Below are positions 45,828-55,402 of a DNA stretch of 63,905 bases, piece by piece. The translations under genes and the position numbers were made by a program. The stretch lies in IMG/VR virus record IMGVR_UViG_3300007511_000006. One strand, 5' to 3'. The notes under the pieces are model-generated. The model worked only from the letters and a program-made list of their open reading frames with translations, had not been told where the DNA came from and made no database searches. This DNA comes from an uncultured virus (IMG/VR IMGVR_UViG_3300007511_000006). Its lineage: Duplodnaviria; Heunggongvirae; Uroviricota; Caudoviricetes. Within the stretch, counting starts at the first letter, position 1. Each line of letters starts with the position of its first letter.

Positions 45828-47246
45828 ATGGCCCAATTCATTCGTCTCTTATCTCACTTTTATGTTGAAACCGGAAAAGACTCAGATGGTAACTCTGCGT
45901 TAATAAGAGTTCCTGTTACATACGGTGATATCTCAAGACAGGTAGCAAGCATTATTCGCAAAAATAGTGAAAACGCACTTAATACTGTTCCGCGTGTTTC
46001 TTGTTATATCACTGGTATACAGTATGATCGTGATAGAATAATGGCTCCTTCTCATGTAGATAAAATTCACATTAAAGAACGATTTTATAACAAAGACACA
46101 GGCAAATATGCAGCTGGGCCTGGAGATAGTTATAGTATTGAACGTAGTATGCCAAGTCCATATAAATTAACAGTTAATGCTGACATATGGACAAGCAACA
46201 TGGAACAAAAACTGCAACTTACAGAGCAATTATTTTACATGTTTAATCCAAATCTAGAAATACAAACGACAGACAATTATGTAGACTGGACTTCTATATC
46301 ATATGTTGAACTTACTGATATTAGTTTTAGTAATAGAACTGTTCCTGTAGGTACTGAAGATCAAATTGATATTGCTACACTAACATTTGAAATTCCTGTA
46401 TGGGTTAATCCTCCGGCTATTATTAAACGCCTTGGTGTTATTTCTAAGGTTGTTATGGGTATATTTGATGGTAGCGGAAACTTAGCAGATAGTGTACTTG
46501 ATGAAACAAAACTAATGGGTAGCAGACAATATTTTACACCACTCAATTATGGTGTATTATTATTAAACGGCGAACTTAAAGTATTAAGTGTTGGCGAACC
46601 AATAAGCGGAGACACAAAAGAAGATGTAACGTTTGATCATATTCCAATAAAATACGGTGACGATATTCCATGGAAACAAGTTATATCGCAATTTGGTGAT
46701 CTTAAAGACGGTATTAGCCAAGTTAAATTATTAACTAATTTTCAAAACACAACCGGAGGAGTTGATGATTTCTCAGAAATTGTTGGTACTGTAGAATACG
46801 ATTCAGATGATGACTATATATTAAAATTTACTGTAGACACAGATACTATTCCAACAAATACACAAACTGCTATTAATGCAATTATTAATCCTCTTAAAAA
46901 TGTTCCTGGTGGTGGTTTACCTGCCGCAACTACAGGTCAGCGTTATCTAATATTAGAAGATATTGGTGACTCTGCTAATACGGACGGTGCTGATGGTTGG
47001 AAGGGCGCAGCCGATTTAGTAGCAAGTAAGTTTGATATTATTCAATATGATGGCACAAACTGGGTTGTAAGTTTTGATGCTAGTGCTAATAAAGGCATAC
47101 ACTATGTAACAAATACTAAAACAGGCATTCAGTATAAGTGGACAGGTGCTATTGACGAGGATATTCCTACAAATACAGGTGAATGGATTAAATCATACGA
47201 AGGTGAATACACCGCAGGATTGTGGTCTATTTTACTGTTACCATAA
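45828..47246 (+). CDS. Tail sheath stabiliser / tail terminator (gp15-like) with C-terminal extension
   Basis: RVPVTYG, PSPYKL, QKLQLTEQ, FNP; true start probably TTG 45793 across a frameshift (see findings). Confidence 0.7.
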   Translation: MAQFIRLLSHFYVETGKDSDGNSALIRVPVTYGDISRQVASIIRKNSENALNTVPRVSCYITGIQYDRDRIMAPSHVDKIHIKERFYNKDTGKYAAGPGDSYSIERSMPSPYKLTVNADIWTSNMEQKLQLTEQLFYMFNPNLEIQTTDNYVDWTSISYVELTDISFSNRTVPVGTEDQIDIATLTFEIPVWVNPPAIIKRLGVISKVVMGIFDGSGNLADSVLDETKLMGSRQYFTPLNYGVLLLNGELKVLSVGEPISGDTKEDVTFDHIPIKYGDDIPWKQVISQFGDLKDGISQVKLLTNFQNTTGGVDDFSEIVGTVEYDSDDDYILKFTVDTDTIPTNTQTAINAIINPLKNVPGGGLPAATTGQRYLILEDIGDSANTDGADGWKGAADLVASKFDIIQYDGTNWVVSFDASANKGIHYVTNTKTGIQYKWTGAIDEDIPTNTGEWIKSYEGEYTAGLWSILLLP

Positions 47247-47268
47247 TATATAACTAATAATTATTATT

Positions 47269-47691
47269 ATGAAGCAAGTTACCGGGGCCGGCGGTATTTT
47301 CTATTGTCGCGATACAAAACAATTTTTATTTCTATTACGAAACGACACAAAATATAAACACAAATGGGGATTTCCAGGTGGCAAAATAGAAGCAGGGGAG
47401 AGCACCATTGATGGATTACAAAGAGAACTTACTGAAGAAATAGGAATAGTACCTGCTATAGAAAAAATTATTCCCATAGAATTTTTTACTTCGGATGACG
47501 GACACTTTTTCTACCATACTTTTATACTAATTGTTGAAACCGAGTTTATACCGAATTTAAATAATGAACACTGTGGGTATGCTTGGGTAACTATGGAAGG
47601 ATGGCCAGCACCATTGCATCCGGGTGTTTTCTCTACATTAAAATTAGACTCTATTAAAGACAAAATTAAAGTTATAGTAGAAACTATTTAG
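47269..47691 (+). CDS. Nudix hydrolase
   Basis: Nudix box GGKIEAGESTIDGLQRELTEEIG. Confidence 0.92.
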   Translation: MKQVTGAGGIFYCRDTKQFLFLLRNDTKYKHKWGFPGGKIEAGESTIDGLQRELTEEIGIVPAIEKIIPIEFFTSDDGHFFYHTFILIVETEFIPNLNNEHCGYAWVTMEGWPAPLHPGVFSTLKLDSIKDKIKVIVETI

Positions 47692-48434
47692 ATATCAGCC
47701 TCGATAATAAATTGCTTTAAATGTATTTGTCTAAGATTTCGATGCCATTTCCATTCATCTGGCATTACTTCTTCCATACCCGCAACAGTTACTCTAATAA
47801 AATCTACGTCTGTATACGTATTAAAAACTCTAGACATATTATTAATCCAAACCGCATCGCCAGGATTTTCATCTGTTGGTCCATAATGCTGAGTGCCAGC
47901 ATATACATTATTATTGATTGTAGCATCCGTAGATTGATTATCAAATCCTAACATATATATTTTTTTGTGGCCATGAAAACAAGCAAGATATACTGCGGTT
48001 GCACCACAATTCATACGAGGATCATGTGGAATAAGAGAAACATGTTCAGGATGTCTTAACAAACAGGATGCTCTGCCAAACACTACATTGTTTTCTGCAT
48101 AGCCTTCATCAATTATGTCATTAATGATATCAGAATTTGTTGCTACTAAAAAATCTGGAGACCAATCTTGATATATTTTATTACAACCATAGCATTGCCC
48201 TTTATTTTTACCCAAATGTCCACCGCCCGCTGTTGAAAGATAGCTTAACTTAAATGTTGACATTGATGTTCTTGATTTTCCATTGCCTACAACATAAGCA
48301 ACACTATTGTGATCACTATTAGGAATTGTATTAGGAATCCAAAATCTATCTTGGTGTTTTCTGCCATTTTTAACTGTAACACCAGAAACAATATATTCAC
48401 CATCATAATCATCAATGTAACGAGCAACCGACAT
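47688..48434 (-). CDS. MptE/DUF115-like (sialyltransferase-fold) protein
   Basis: YVVGNGKSR, YGCN, PDFLV, IYMLGFD, NNVYAGT. Confidence 0.6.
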   Translation of the reverse strand: MSVARYIDDYDGEYIVSGVTVKNGRKHQDRFWIPNTIPNSDHNSVAYVVGNGKSRTSMSTFKLSYLSTAGGGHLGKNKGQCYGCNKIYQDWSPDFLVATNSDIINDIIDEGYAENNVVFGRASCLLRHPEHVSLIPHDPRMNCGATAVYLACFHGHKKIYMLGFDNQSTDATINNNVYAGTQHYGPTDENPGDAVWINNMSRVFNTYTDVDFIRVTVAGMEEVMPDEWKWHRNLRQIHLKQFIIEADI

Positions 48435-48467
48435 GCTAAATCTCCTATATTATATTATTTATATTAC

Positions 48468-48498
48468 AAAAAGTAAGGGGGACTTTCGCCCCCCTTAC
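48468..48498 (-). terminator. Intrinsic terminator after the long fibre gene
   Basis: GC-rich stem GTAAGGGGG...CCCCCTTAC with GAAA loop, followed by TTTTT. Confidence 0.85.
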
Positions 48499-48538
48499 CA
48501 TACAACTTAAAAATGTAAGTTAAAACTAATAATGTAAC

Positions 48539-51500
48539 TTATAGTCTGCCTACAACAACTTCGATGATACCTGAAGTACCGTTGAAGTCTTCTAGTGCCT
48601 TACCAATGACTGAACCTAAACGTGGGTTTGCTTCAGCTTTAGCATAGCCTTCGCCTGCGGAAACTAGCATGTCACCCTTACGGATTGTGCCTGTTACCTT
48701 AACAGGTACACGACCTGTTAGTGCTACTGCTACGTTTGTGCCTTCCAAACCTTCGTTCATTAGGAAGCCTGGGTTTGTACTTACTACACCAGCAATACGT
48801 GAATCCATTGAATCAGATGTCATTGTTACTTCTGCGTCGCCGCCGAAGGAAACAACAGTACCTGGCTCGTAGATTACGTCACTTGTGTAACGTTCTGCCA
48901 AGTCAGCGTATTGTGCTGATGTTGAAATACCGTTGAAGGTTGTTGCATAAACTGTTGCAAACTTATTATCAGACTGACCGACATCACCTACACCGTTTGT
49001 ACCACTCTTAGTAATACTTTTAATCTCATTAGCAGCTGGTGTTGTCCCATCACTCTGGAAAACTTGTAGAGTGTTTGAACCGCTATCTTTAAGTACTAAG
49101 TCACCAAAGTATATTGAATCTCCCGAAAGATAAAGGTCACGCCACTTGTCGCTTGAGCCACCTAGGTCAAACCCTGTTGTTCCATTAGAGTCAACACTAG
49201 GTAGTAGAGCAGAACTTGTTAAAGTCATGATCTCTGTGCCACCTACGTCAAAGCGGATGATATCTTCGTCTGAAGACTCTTCTACTTGGACCTTAGTATC
49301 ACCGTCAGCATCTTCTAATGCGTTAACAGATGTTGTTGTAGTGATTTCACGAATTTCAATTGCATCACCATTAGCAGGTGCTTCTGTAAATGTAATTGTT
49401 GTTCCGCTAATACCATAAGCTGTTGTTGGTAATTGTACAACACCATTAACAGTAACAATACAACCAGCAGTTGTAAGATCTGAGTTTAGACCTGTAAAAT
49501 CTGTTGTTGTGCCGTCACCAGTTTTGGTTTCACTTCTTACGACTGTAAATTCAGTTGTAGCACCTTTCCATGAAGAACCATTATAATATTCAAAATTACT
49601 GTTTGTTGAATTATAACGGAACATACCAGCGGCTGGTGAGCCTGGACGCTGTGCAGTTGTACCTGAAGGTAGTACCATTGATTCTGTTGAAGAACTCATA
49701 TCAAGTACTGAACCTGCGTTAGGTGTTGCTGTTAACAAGCCAATTGCGTCGTTACCAGCGTCAAGATAGAACATGTTAGCATTGCCTGATGATTCAATAC
49801 GGAAGTCGTTGTCACCACCACTCTCGTTAAAGACAGCGGCATCGTCAACACCAAATGTTGTGCCATCATAAGTAATGTTTGCTTCTGCTTGTACTGCTGA
49901 AGTACCATTACCTGTTAGTAGGCTGTTAGCGGTTAAGGATGTTGCGCCTGTACCACCTTGGTCTACTGCTACAGTAGTACCTTCCCATGTACCTGAAGTA
50001 ATTGTACCAACAGTTGCTAGTGAACTTGCTGATGTAACGTTGTTCAATGTGTCAAGTGCTGTTTCGAAGTATGTCTCGAAATCTGTTAGTGCTACTTGAA
50101 CCATTGTGCCACCGTCATTGACAACTACACGGTCTGCGTCTGCTAATGTTGTAGAAGTTGCAGCTGTGTCACCATCAGCGGCCGCTGTAAGTTCAGCGGC
50201 TGTAGGTGTTACACCTAATGTTACTAATTGTGCGGCTGCATTGGCGTCATCCAACAATGCTTTACCAGCTGCTGTTAGGTCATATACTGCGGCTGTGCCG
50301 GAACCAGTAAACTGGATACCTTTATCAGCTGCGGAAGTTAGACCTGCGATTGCGGCTAGTTCTGCGTCATATGCCTGTACATGTGTACCAATTGTTAAGC
50401 CTAGTGAAGCACGAGCAGTTGCGCCTGTTTCTGCTGTCCAATTGGAGCCATCACCTACGATGATGTTACCGTCTGTTACAGCCAAGCCAGCAATGTCTGC
50501 AAGACCTGCGTCATATGCTTGTACATCTGAACCAATTGCTACGCCCATGGTTGTACGTTGGGCGGCGGCATCAGCATCGTCTAACAATGCTTTACCAGCT
50601 GATGTTAGGTCATATGTTGAAGCAGTGCCTGAACCAGTAAATTGGATACCTTTATCGGCTGCAGATGTTAAACCAGCAATGGCCGCCAATTCAGCGTCAT
50701 ATGCTTGTACATCTGTACCAATTACTAGACCCAATGTTGTACGTTGAGCCGCGGCGTCAGCGTCATCCAACAACGCTTTACCTGCGGAAGTCAAGTCATA
50801 TACTGCGGCTGTACCACTACCTGTGAACTGAATACCTTTATCAGCGGCTGATGTTAAACCAGCAATAGCAGCTAGTTCTGCATCATATGCCTGTACATCA
50901 GAACCAATAGCAACACCTAGGTTTGTACGTGCGTCGGATGCTGTTGAAGCACCTGTACCACCGTGTGCTACACCTACGTCTGTGCCTTCCCATGTACCTG
51001 TACCAATTGTACCAACGGATGCTAGACTTGTTGCAGATGTAATACTGTTTTGTGCGGCTGTTGTAATTGTACCTTCGACGTTACCAAAGATTACATTACC
51101 TACTGTACCAGAAGCAACCTCGCCTGAGATTGTTGCGTCAGGGATAAATGTAAACTTGCTTACGGAATCGTCGTAACCGAAGAAACCAACTTTAGCGGTT
51201 GAACCATTGTGCCATCTAAACTCAATACCACGGTCCTTGTCATCATCTGAACCAGGAGCAGTATCACCACCTAATGTCATAATTGGATCATCTAGTGTTG
51301 TAACTGTGGAGTTTACAGTTGTTGTTGTACCGTTAACTGTTAAGTCACCGGAAATAACAACGTCACCTGTACCATCTGGTGTAAGTGTAATGTTACCATT
51401 TGTGTCTGTTGAACTAATAACGTTTCCATCAATACGGATGTTATCAGCATTCAACTGACCTGAACTTAGTGCTGTTAGGCCTGATACTGTTGCGTCTAAT

Positions 51501-53353
51501 GCGACACTAATATCATTATCAGATACTGTTGTAGTAATGTTATTACCACCAGTAAAGGTTAGTGTATCTGTACCAACTGTTACACTATCATCTGAACCTG
51601 AATCAGCGGCAACTGTTAATGTGGCTGAACCAACTTGTGAATCAACATATGCTTTAATTGATTGTTGTGTAGCAAGTGCTGTTGCACTGTCACTACCCAT
51701 TGCGTCCTCATCTAAGATTGATGACACTGTAGCACCTGAAGCAAGTGTTAAGTCTTCGCTAATTACTACTGAACCGTCGGAAGCGATAGTAAATTTATCT
51801 GTACCGTCGGAAATTTCAACAGTTATTAGGTTTGCTGTTTGTGAGCCTACACCTTTAACTGCTAGTGTAATCTCGTCTGTTGTATCACCAGTGATTGTTG
51901 CACCGGCGGCTACTACCAACTGATCGTTGGCTGTTAGTGTTGTAAACGTACCAGCTGCTGGTGTTGATCCACCAATTACTGAGTCATTTACTGTTCCACC
52001 ACTAATAGTTAGGTCATTGTCAACGTATGCATCAGCAATTGCTGTGCCGTTCCATACGCCTGTACCAATTGTACCAACTGTGGCTAGTGATGAAGCGGAA
52101 GTTACATTATTTAATGTATCTAGTGCGCTTTCGAAATATGTTTCGAAATCTGTTAGGGCAACTTGTACCATAGTACCGTCATCGTTAACAACTACACGAT
52201 CAAACAATTCAAGTGTTGTTGCTGTTGCGGCTGTGTCGCCGTCTACGATATTCAACTCTGCGGTTGTTGATGTGATATCATCTAAAGTATTAAGTTCAGC
52301 TGCGGTTGCTGTTAAGCCAAGTGTTACTAATTGAGCGGCTGCGTTAGCATCATCAAGTAGCGCCTTACCTGCGGCTGTTAAGTCGTAAGTAGCGGCTGTA
52401 CCTGAGCCTGTAAATTGGATACCCTTGTCGGCCGCTGATGCTAAACCAGCAAGAGCTGCTAGTTCTACATCGTATGCCTGTACGTCTGTACCAATTGCTA
52501 GGCCTAGTGATGTTCGTGCTGTTGCACCTGTTTCTAATGTGAAGTTAGAACCATCACCAACGATAATGCCGCCATCTGTTACTGCAAGACCTGCGACATC
52601 TGCTAATTGTGCGTCATATGCCTGTACATGTGTACCAATTGTTAAACCTAATGATGCTCTTGCTGTTGCACCCGTTTCTAATACGAAATTAGAACCGTCG
52701 CCAACAATAATGCCACCGTCTGTTACAGCAAGACCTGCGACATCTGCTAATTGTGCGTCATAGGCTTGTACATCTGAGCCAATTGCTAGGCCTAGGTTTG
52801 TACGTGCGTCAGAAGCTGTTGATGCGCCTGTACCACCAGCTGCCACAGCAACGTCAGTTGCTGACCAAACACCTGTGGTAATTGTACCTACAGATGCTAG
52901 TGATGTAGCAGATGAAATAGTATTTTGAGCCGCTGTTGTAATAGTACCTTCAATATTGCCAGCAATAATGTTTGCTTGACCTGCAACGGATATGTTACCT
53001 GCGGTACTACCAGTTTCTGTTGTTGTGATAAAGTTAAATTTATCTGCGGATTCGTCCCAAATTAAACCTACGTTGGTATCGTCACCACGTTCTACAACAA
53101 AACCTGAGTCAACTGCGCCTGAGCCAGAAGCGTTTGCACTGAATACTAATAGAGGATCTTCAATAGACATATTTGTAGTGTCAACAGTTGTTGTTGTACC
53201 ATTAACAACAAGGTTGCCAGAAACAGTTAGGTTTGATCCGTAAGTCATGTCATCTTCTAACTTACTACCAGCGATAGCGGCAGAAGCTGCGATTTTGGCA
53301 TTACTAACGGCACCATCCGTAATCTGATCTGTATCTATTCTAGTTAAAGCCAT
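48539..53353 (-). CDS. Long repeat-rich tail fibre/appendage protein with C-terminal autocleaving-chaperone-like domain
   Basis: 1604 aa, Ala/Gly/Thr-rich, seven VQAYD modules; C-terminal ADLAERY...EPGTVV...GVVST.P...GRVPVKV...GKALE. Confidence 0.8.
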   Translation of the reverse strand: MALTRIDTDQITDGAVSNAKIAASAAIAGSKLEDDMTYGSNLTVSGNLVVNGTTTTVDTTNMSIEDPLLVFSANASGSGAVDSGFVVERGDDTNVGLIWDESADKFNFITTTETGSTAGNISVAGQANIIAGNIEGTITTAAQNTISSATSLASVGTITTGVWSATDVAVAAGGTGASTASDARTNLGLAIGSDVQAYDAQLADVAGLAVTDGGIIVGDGSNFVLETGATARASLGLTIGTHVQAYDAQLADVAGLAVTDGGIIVGDGSNFTLETGATARTSLGLAIGTDVQAYDVELAALAGLASAADKGIQFTGSGTAATYDLTAAGKALLDDANAAAQLVTLGLTATAAELNTLDDITSTTAELNIVDGDTAATATTLELFDRVVVNDDGTMVQVALTDFETYFESALDTLNNVTSASSLATVGTIGTGVWNGTAIADAYVDNDLTISGGTVNDSVIGGSTPAAGTFTTLTANDQLVVAAGATITGDTTDEITLAVKGVGSQTANLITVEISDGTDKFTIASDGSVVISEDLTLASGATVSSILDEDAMGSDSATALATQQSIKAYVDSQVGSATLTVAADSGSDDSVTVGTDTLTFTGGNNITTTVSDNDISVALDATVSGLTALSSGQLNADNIRIDGNVISSTDTNGNITLTPDGTGDVVISGDLTVNGTTTTVNSTVTTLDDPIMTLGGDTAPGSDDDKDRGIEFRWHNGSTAKVGFFGYDDSVSKFTFIPDATISGEVASGTVGNVIFGNVEGTITTAAQNSITSATSLASVGTIGTGTWEGTDVGVAHGGTGASTASDARTNLGVAIGSDVQAYDAELAAIAGLTSAADKGIQFTGSGTAAVYDLTSAGKALLDDADAAAQRTTLGLVIGTDVQAYDAELAAIAGLTSAADKGIQFTGSGTASTYDLTSAGKALLDDADAAAQRTTMGVAIGSDVQAYDAGLADIAGLAVTDGNIIVGDGSNWTAETGATARASLGLTIGTHVQAYDAELAAIAGLTSAADKGIQFTGSGTAAVYDLTAAGKALLDDANAAAQLVTLGVTPTAAELTAAADGDTAATSTTLADADRVVVNDGGTMVQVALTDFETYFETALDTLNNVTSASSLATVGTITSGTWEGTTVAVDQGGTGATSLTANSLLTGNGTSAVQAEANITYDGTTFGVDDAAVFNESGGDNDFRIESSGNANMFYLDAGNDAIGLLTATPNAGSVLDMSSSTESMVLPSGTTAQRPGSPAAGMFRYNSTNSNFEYYNGSSWKGATTEFTVVRSETKTGDGTTTDFTGLNSDLTTAGCIVTVNGVVQLPTTAYGISGTTITFTEAPANGDAIEIREITTTTSVNALEDADGDTKVQVEESSDEDIIRFDVGGTEIMTLTSSALLPSVDSNGTTGFDLGGSSDKWRDLYLSGDSIYFGDLVLKDSGSNTLQVFQSDGTTPAANEIKSITKSGTNGVGDVGQSDNKFATVYATTFNGISTSAQYADLAERYTSDVIYEPGTVVSFGGDAEVTMTSDSMDSRIAGVVSTNPGFLMNEGLEGTNVAVALTGRVPVKVTGTIRKGDMLVSAGEGYAKAEANPRLGSVIGKALEDFNGTSGIIEVVVGRL
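49960..52800 (-). repeat. Intragenic module repeats (two module types, order A-A-B and B-B-A-B); approximate bounds
   Basis: A = LGxxIGxxVQAYDAxLADxAGLAVTDGxIIVGDGSN...; B = ...VQAYDxELAAxAGLxSAADKGIQFTGSGTA... Confidence 0.9.
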
Positions 53354-53377
53354 TTATTTTTCTCCATTCCTATAAAA

Positions 53378-53506
53378 AAGTCTTATATAAGACTTAATAT
53401 ACCATATATACATATTATGGAATGATTCTGTCTGCAATTGCAGACAGATCCTTTAAATCTAACGTTATTGAGAGATATAAAGGTCATCTATATGCTCGAG
53501 CATATA
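53378..53506. repeat. Cluster of three loop-less perfect palindromes
   Basis: AAGTCTTATATAAGACTT 53378-53395; TCTGTCTGCAATTGCAGACAGA 53427-53448; TATATGCTCGAGCATATA 53489-53506. Confidence 0.9.
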
Positions 53507-53651
53507 CAGTATGCCTATATTTAAATGGATTTATGGAGAAATAGTGTTAGCACATATATACTAACTAAGGCGTTTAAATTAACGATTTTAGTAGCATATA
53601 ACTATTATAGTAGCATATTATTTTCATTTTACGTGCAAGACTAGAGTTATT

Positions 53652-54719
53652 TTAATATAAATCAGATGATATATCGAAGGCGCATGTTGAACTAGAACGA
53701 TTTCTAAAACTCTTTATAAACTCAGATTGTAAATTAATATGTGAACCGTATTGAAATATTAACCGTTCCATTTGAAAACAATTACTAAGCCAAAAATATG
53801 TATTATGTTTGTTTTTTGTATGTTCCAAAAGTTCCTCAATGTGTTCATTATTAAAAAGATCTAATTGTTTATATACTACATTTAACTTTAAAAACTTATT
53901 CCAGTATTGTTTTAGTTCTAATGATGTAATATTGTTTTCACTAATATATTTTTCAATTGTGCGATCGCCGTCTTGAATTCCTACTAAATTTGGATTTGCC
54001 TTTACGAATTTATTTGTTAAAAGTTTAAAGGATTCTATTTCACCATCCCAGTTATTTTTTAGATATTGTTGCCACTTTATTGCGGCAGGACTAATATCAA
54101 ACATTAAAACATTTGTGTTGTCTGTAAAATAATCCTGTCCTAACAAAATATAAGTTTTTAATCCACCACATACGCCTATATAATTGTCAAACTTATATGC
54201 AAACTTATGTGATATATTAACTTCTTCTGTGTTTATAATGTAGTATCCATCTGTTAAATTTCTCACAGCTTCACGTAATTCAAATGCGAATGGTTCTACT
54301 TCTTGAGGCATTGGATTATCTAAATTTTCCATTAACCTTTTTATATCACTGTAGTAGTTTTCTGGGTAGCAATATGCTTTTAATATTTCTATTTTATTAG
54401 AAAATGTTTTTGTTGGTATATACGCTTCTTTATCAGTTTCGAGTAGTTTACAATTAATTAAAAACCAATTTTCATTTCCTATTACTGCTTCGTTTGATTC
54501 GTCAATGCATTGGTCAAAAATTGATCTATCCCAAAACACATGCCCTGCTTTTATAACAAAAATATAATCTTCATCTGCTTTAACAATAGGGTCTGTATCA
54601 TTTTGCAAGTGTATAGGATATCTCTGCTGAACACAAAATTCTGTAAAATCACATAATCTGTCTGCTATATTTTTACAATTTTTATCTGTAATTCTAAGCA
54701 ATATTAATTTGACTTTCAT
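53652..54719 (-). CDS. Hypothetical protein (very AT-rich)
   Basis: 355-aa ORF overlapping the hydroxylase stop. Confidence 0.65.
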   Translation of the reverse strand: MKVKLILLRITDKNCKNIADRLCDFTEFCVQQRYPIHLQNDTDPIVKADEDYIFVIKAGHVFWDRSIFDQCIDESNEAVIGNENWFLINCKLLETDKEAYIPTKTFSNKIEILKAYCYPENYYSDIKRLMENLDNPMPQEVEPFAFELREAVRNLTDGYYIINTEEVNISHKFAYKFDNYIGVCGGLKTYILLGQDYFTDNTNVLMFDISPAAIKWQQYLKNNWDGEIESFKLLTNKFVKANPNLVGIQDGDRTIEKYISENNITSLELKQYWNKFLKLNVVYKQLDLFNNEHIEELLEHTKNKHNTYFWLSNCFQMERLIFQYGSHINLQSEFIKSFRNRSSSTCAFDISSDLY

Positions 54720-55377
54720 AACTGGTTAAAACAATATTATTAAATTGATCTGTTTCTGCACCATGTACAATAATATGATATCTATCTTCACTACTATTGT
54801 TTATAACACAATGGTCATATGCAATGTTAAAATGAATTATACTGCCTGTGTTTTCAAATGGAACTATTCCATTTTCTGTAATTAGATGACAGTCTTTTGG
54901 GTGATTAAGGCTGAAGTTAACTGCTCTACTAGGATTATCTTCTCTAAGTCCGTCATAATGCACATCAACATATCCGCCGGGCTCAAGTAACATAATTCTT
55001 AATCTATCATATGCACTAAAAGGAAATGTATTTTTAAAATAATTTGTTGTTATAGGACAATGATTAGATGCGTTTGTCCACACTCTAAGAGTGTCGTTGC
55101 TATAGCCATGATCTTGCGGTGGTCCAGTTATGTGATCATCAATTCCGTGTAAACAAATACTTTTCCAGCCTTGTGACTGATCATCGCGATGTTCTACAAA
55201 CATATGTTTTATGTTCTTTGCTTCTTCAAGCATTTCTTTAAACGGGGCATCTATTTGTAGTTTTAACCATGGATATTTACATTCCCAATTAACCCAATTG
55301 ACAGGATCTTTGTCACTTGGAATCGGTTCGTAATTCCATACTTTGTCTTTATTTTGTAAGTAGAATTCTTTTATCAT
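54694..55377 (-). CDS. Aspartyl/asparaginyl beta-hydroxylase-like 2OG-Fe(II) oxygenase
   Basis: RIMLLEPGG, HYD, HCVINNS, RYHIIVH. Confidence 0.8.
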   Translation of the reverse strand: MIKEFYLQNKDKVWNYEPIPSDKDPVNWVNWECKYPWLKLQIDAPFKEMLEEAKNIKHMFVEHRDDQSQGWKSICLHGIDDHITGPPQDHGYSNDTLRVWTNASNHCPITTNYFKNTFPFSAYDRLRIMLLEPGGYVDVHYDGLREDNPSRAVNFSLNHPKDCHLITENGIVPFENTGSIIHFNIAYDHCVINNSSEDRYHIIVHGAETDQFNNIVLTSYESQINIA

Positions 55378-55402
55378 AGAACATTTAAATATTTTTATTA
55401 AC

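Noticed and set aside
49960..52800. Repeats as a CRISPR array or diversity-generating retroelement
   Set aside because: They are in-frame protein modules without unique spacers; differences are mostly synonymous, not adenine-specific; no cas or reverse transcriptase gene in the window
48669..53243. Many plus-strand ORFs antisense to the long fibre (likewise opposite the sheath, PKD protein, gp23 and 1724..2482)
   Set aside because: Shadow frames expected opposite Ala/Thr/Gly/Val-rich genes; no RBS, promoter or recognisable motifs
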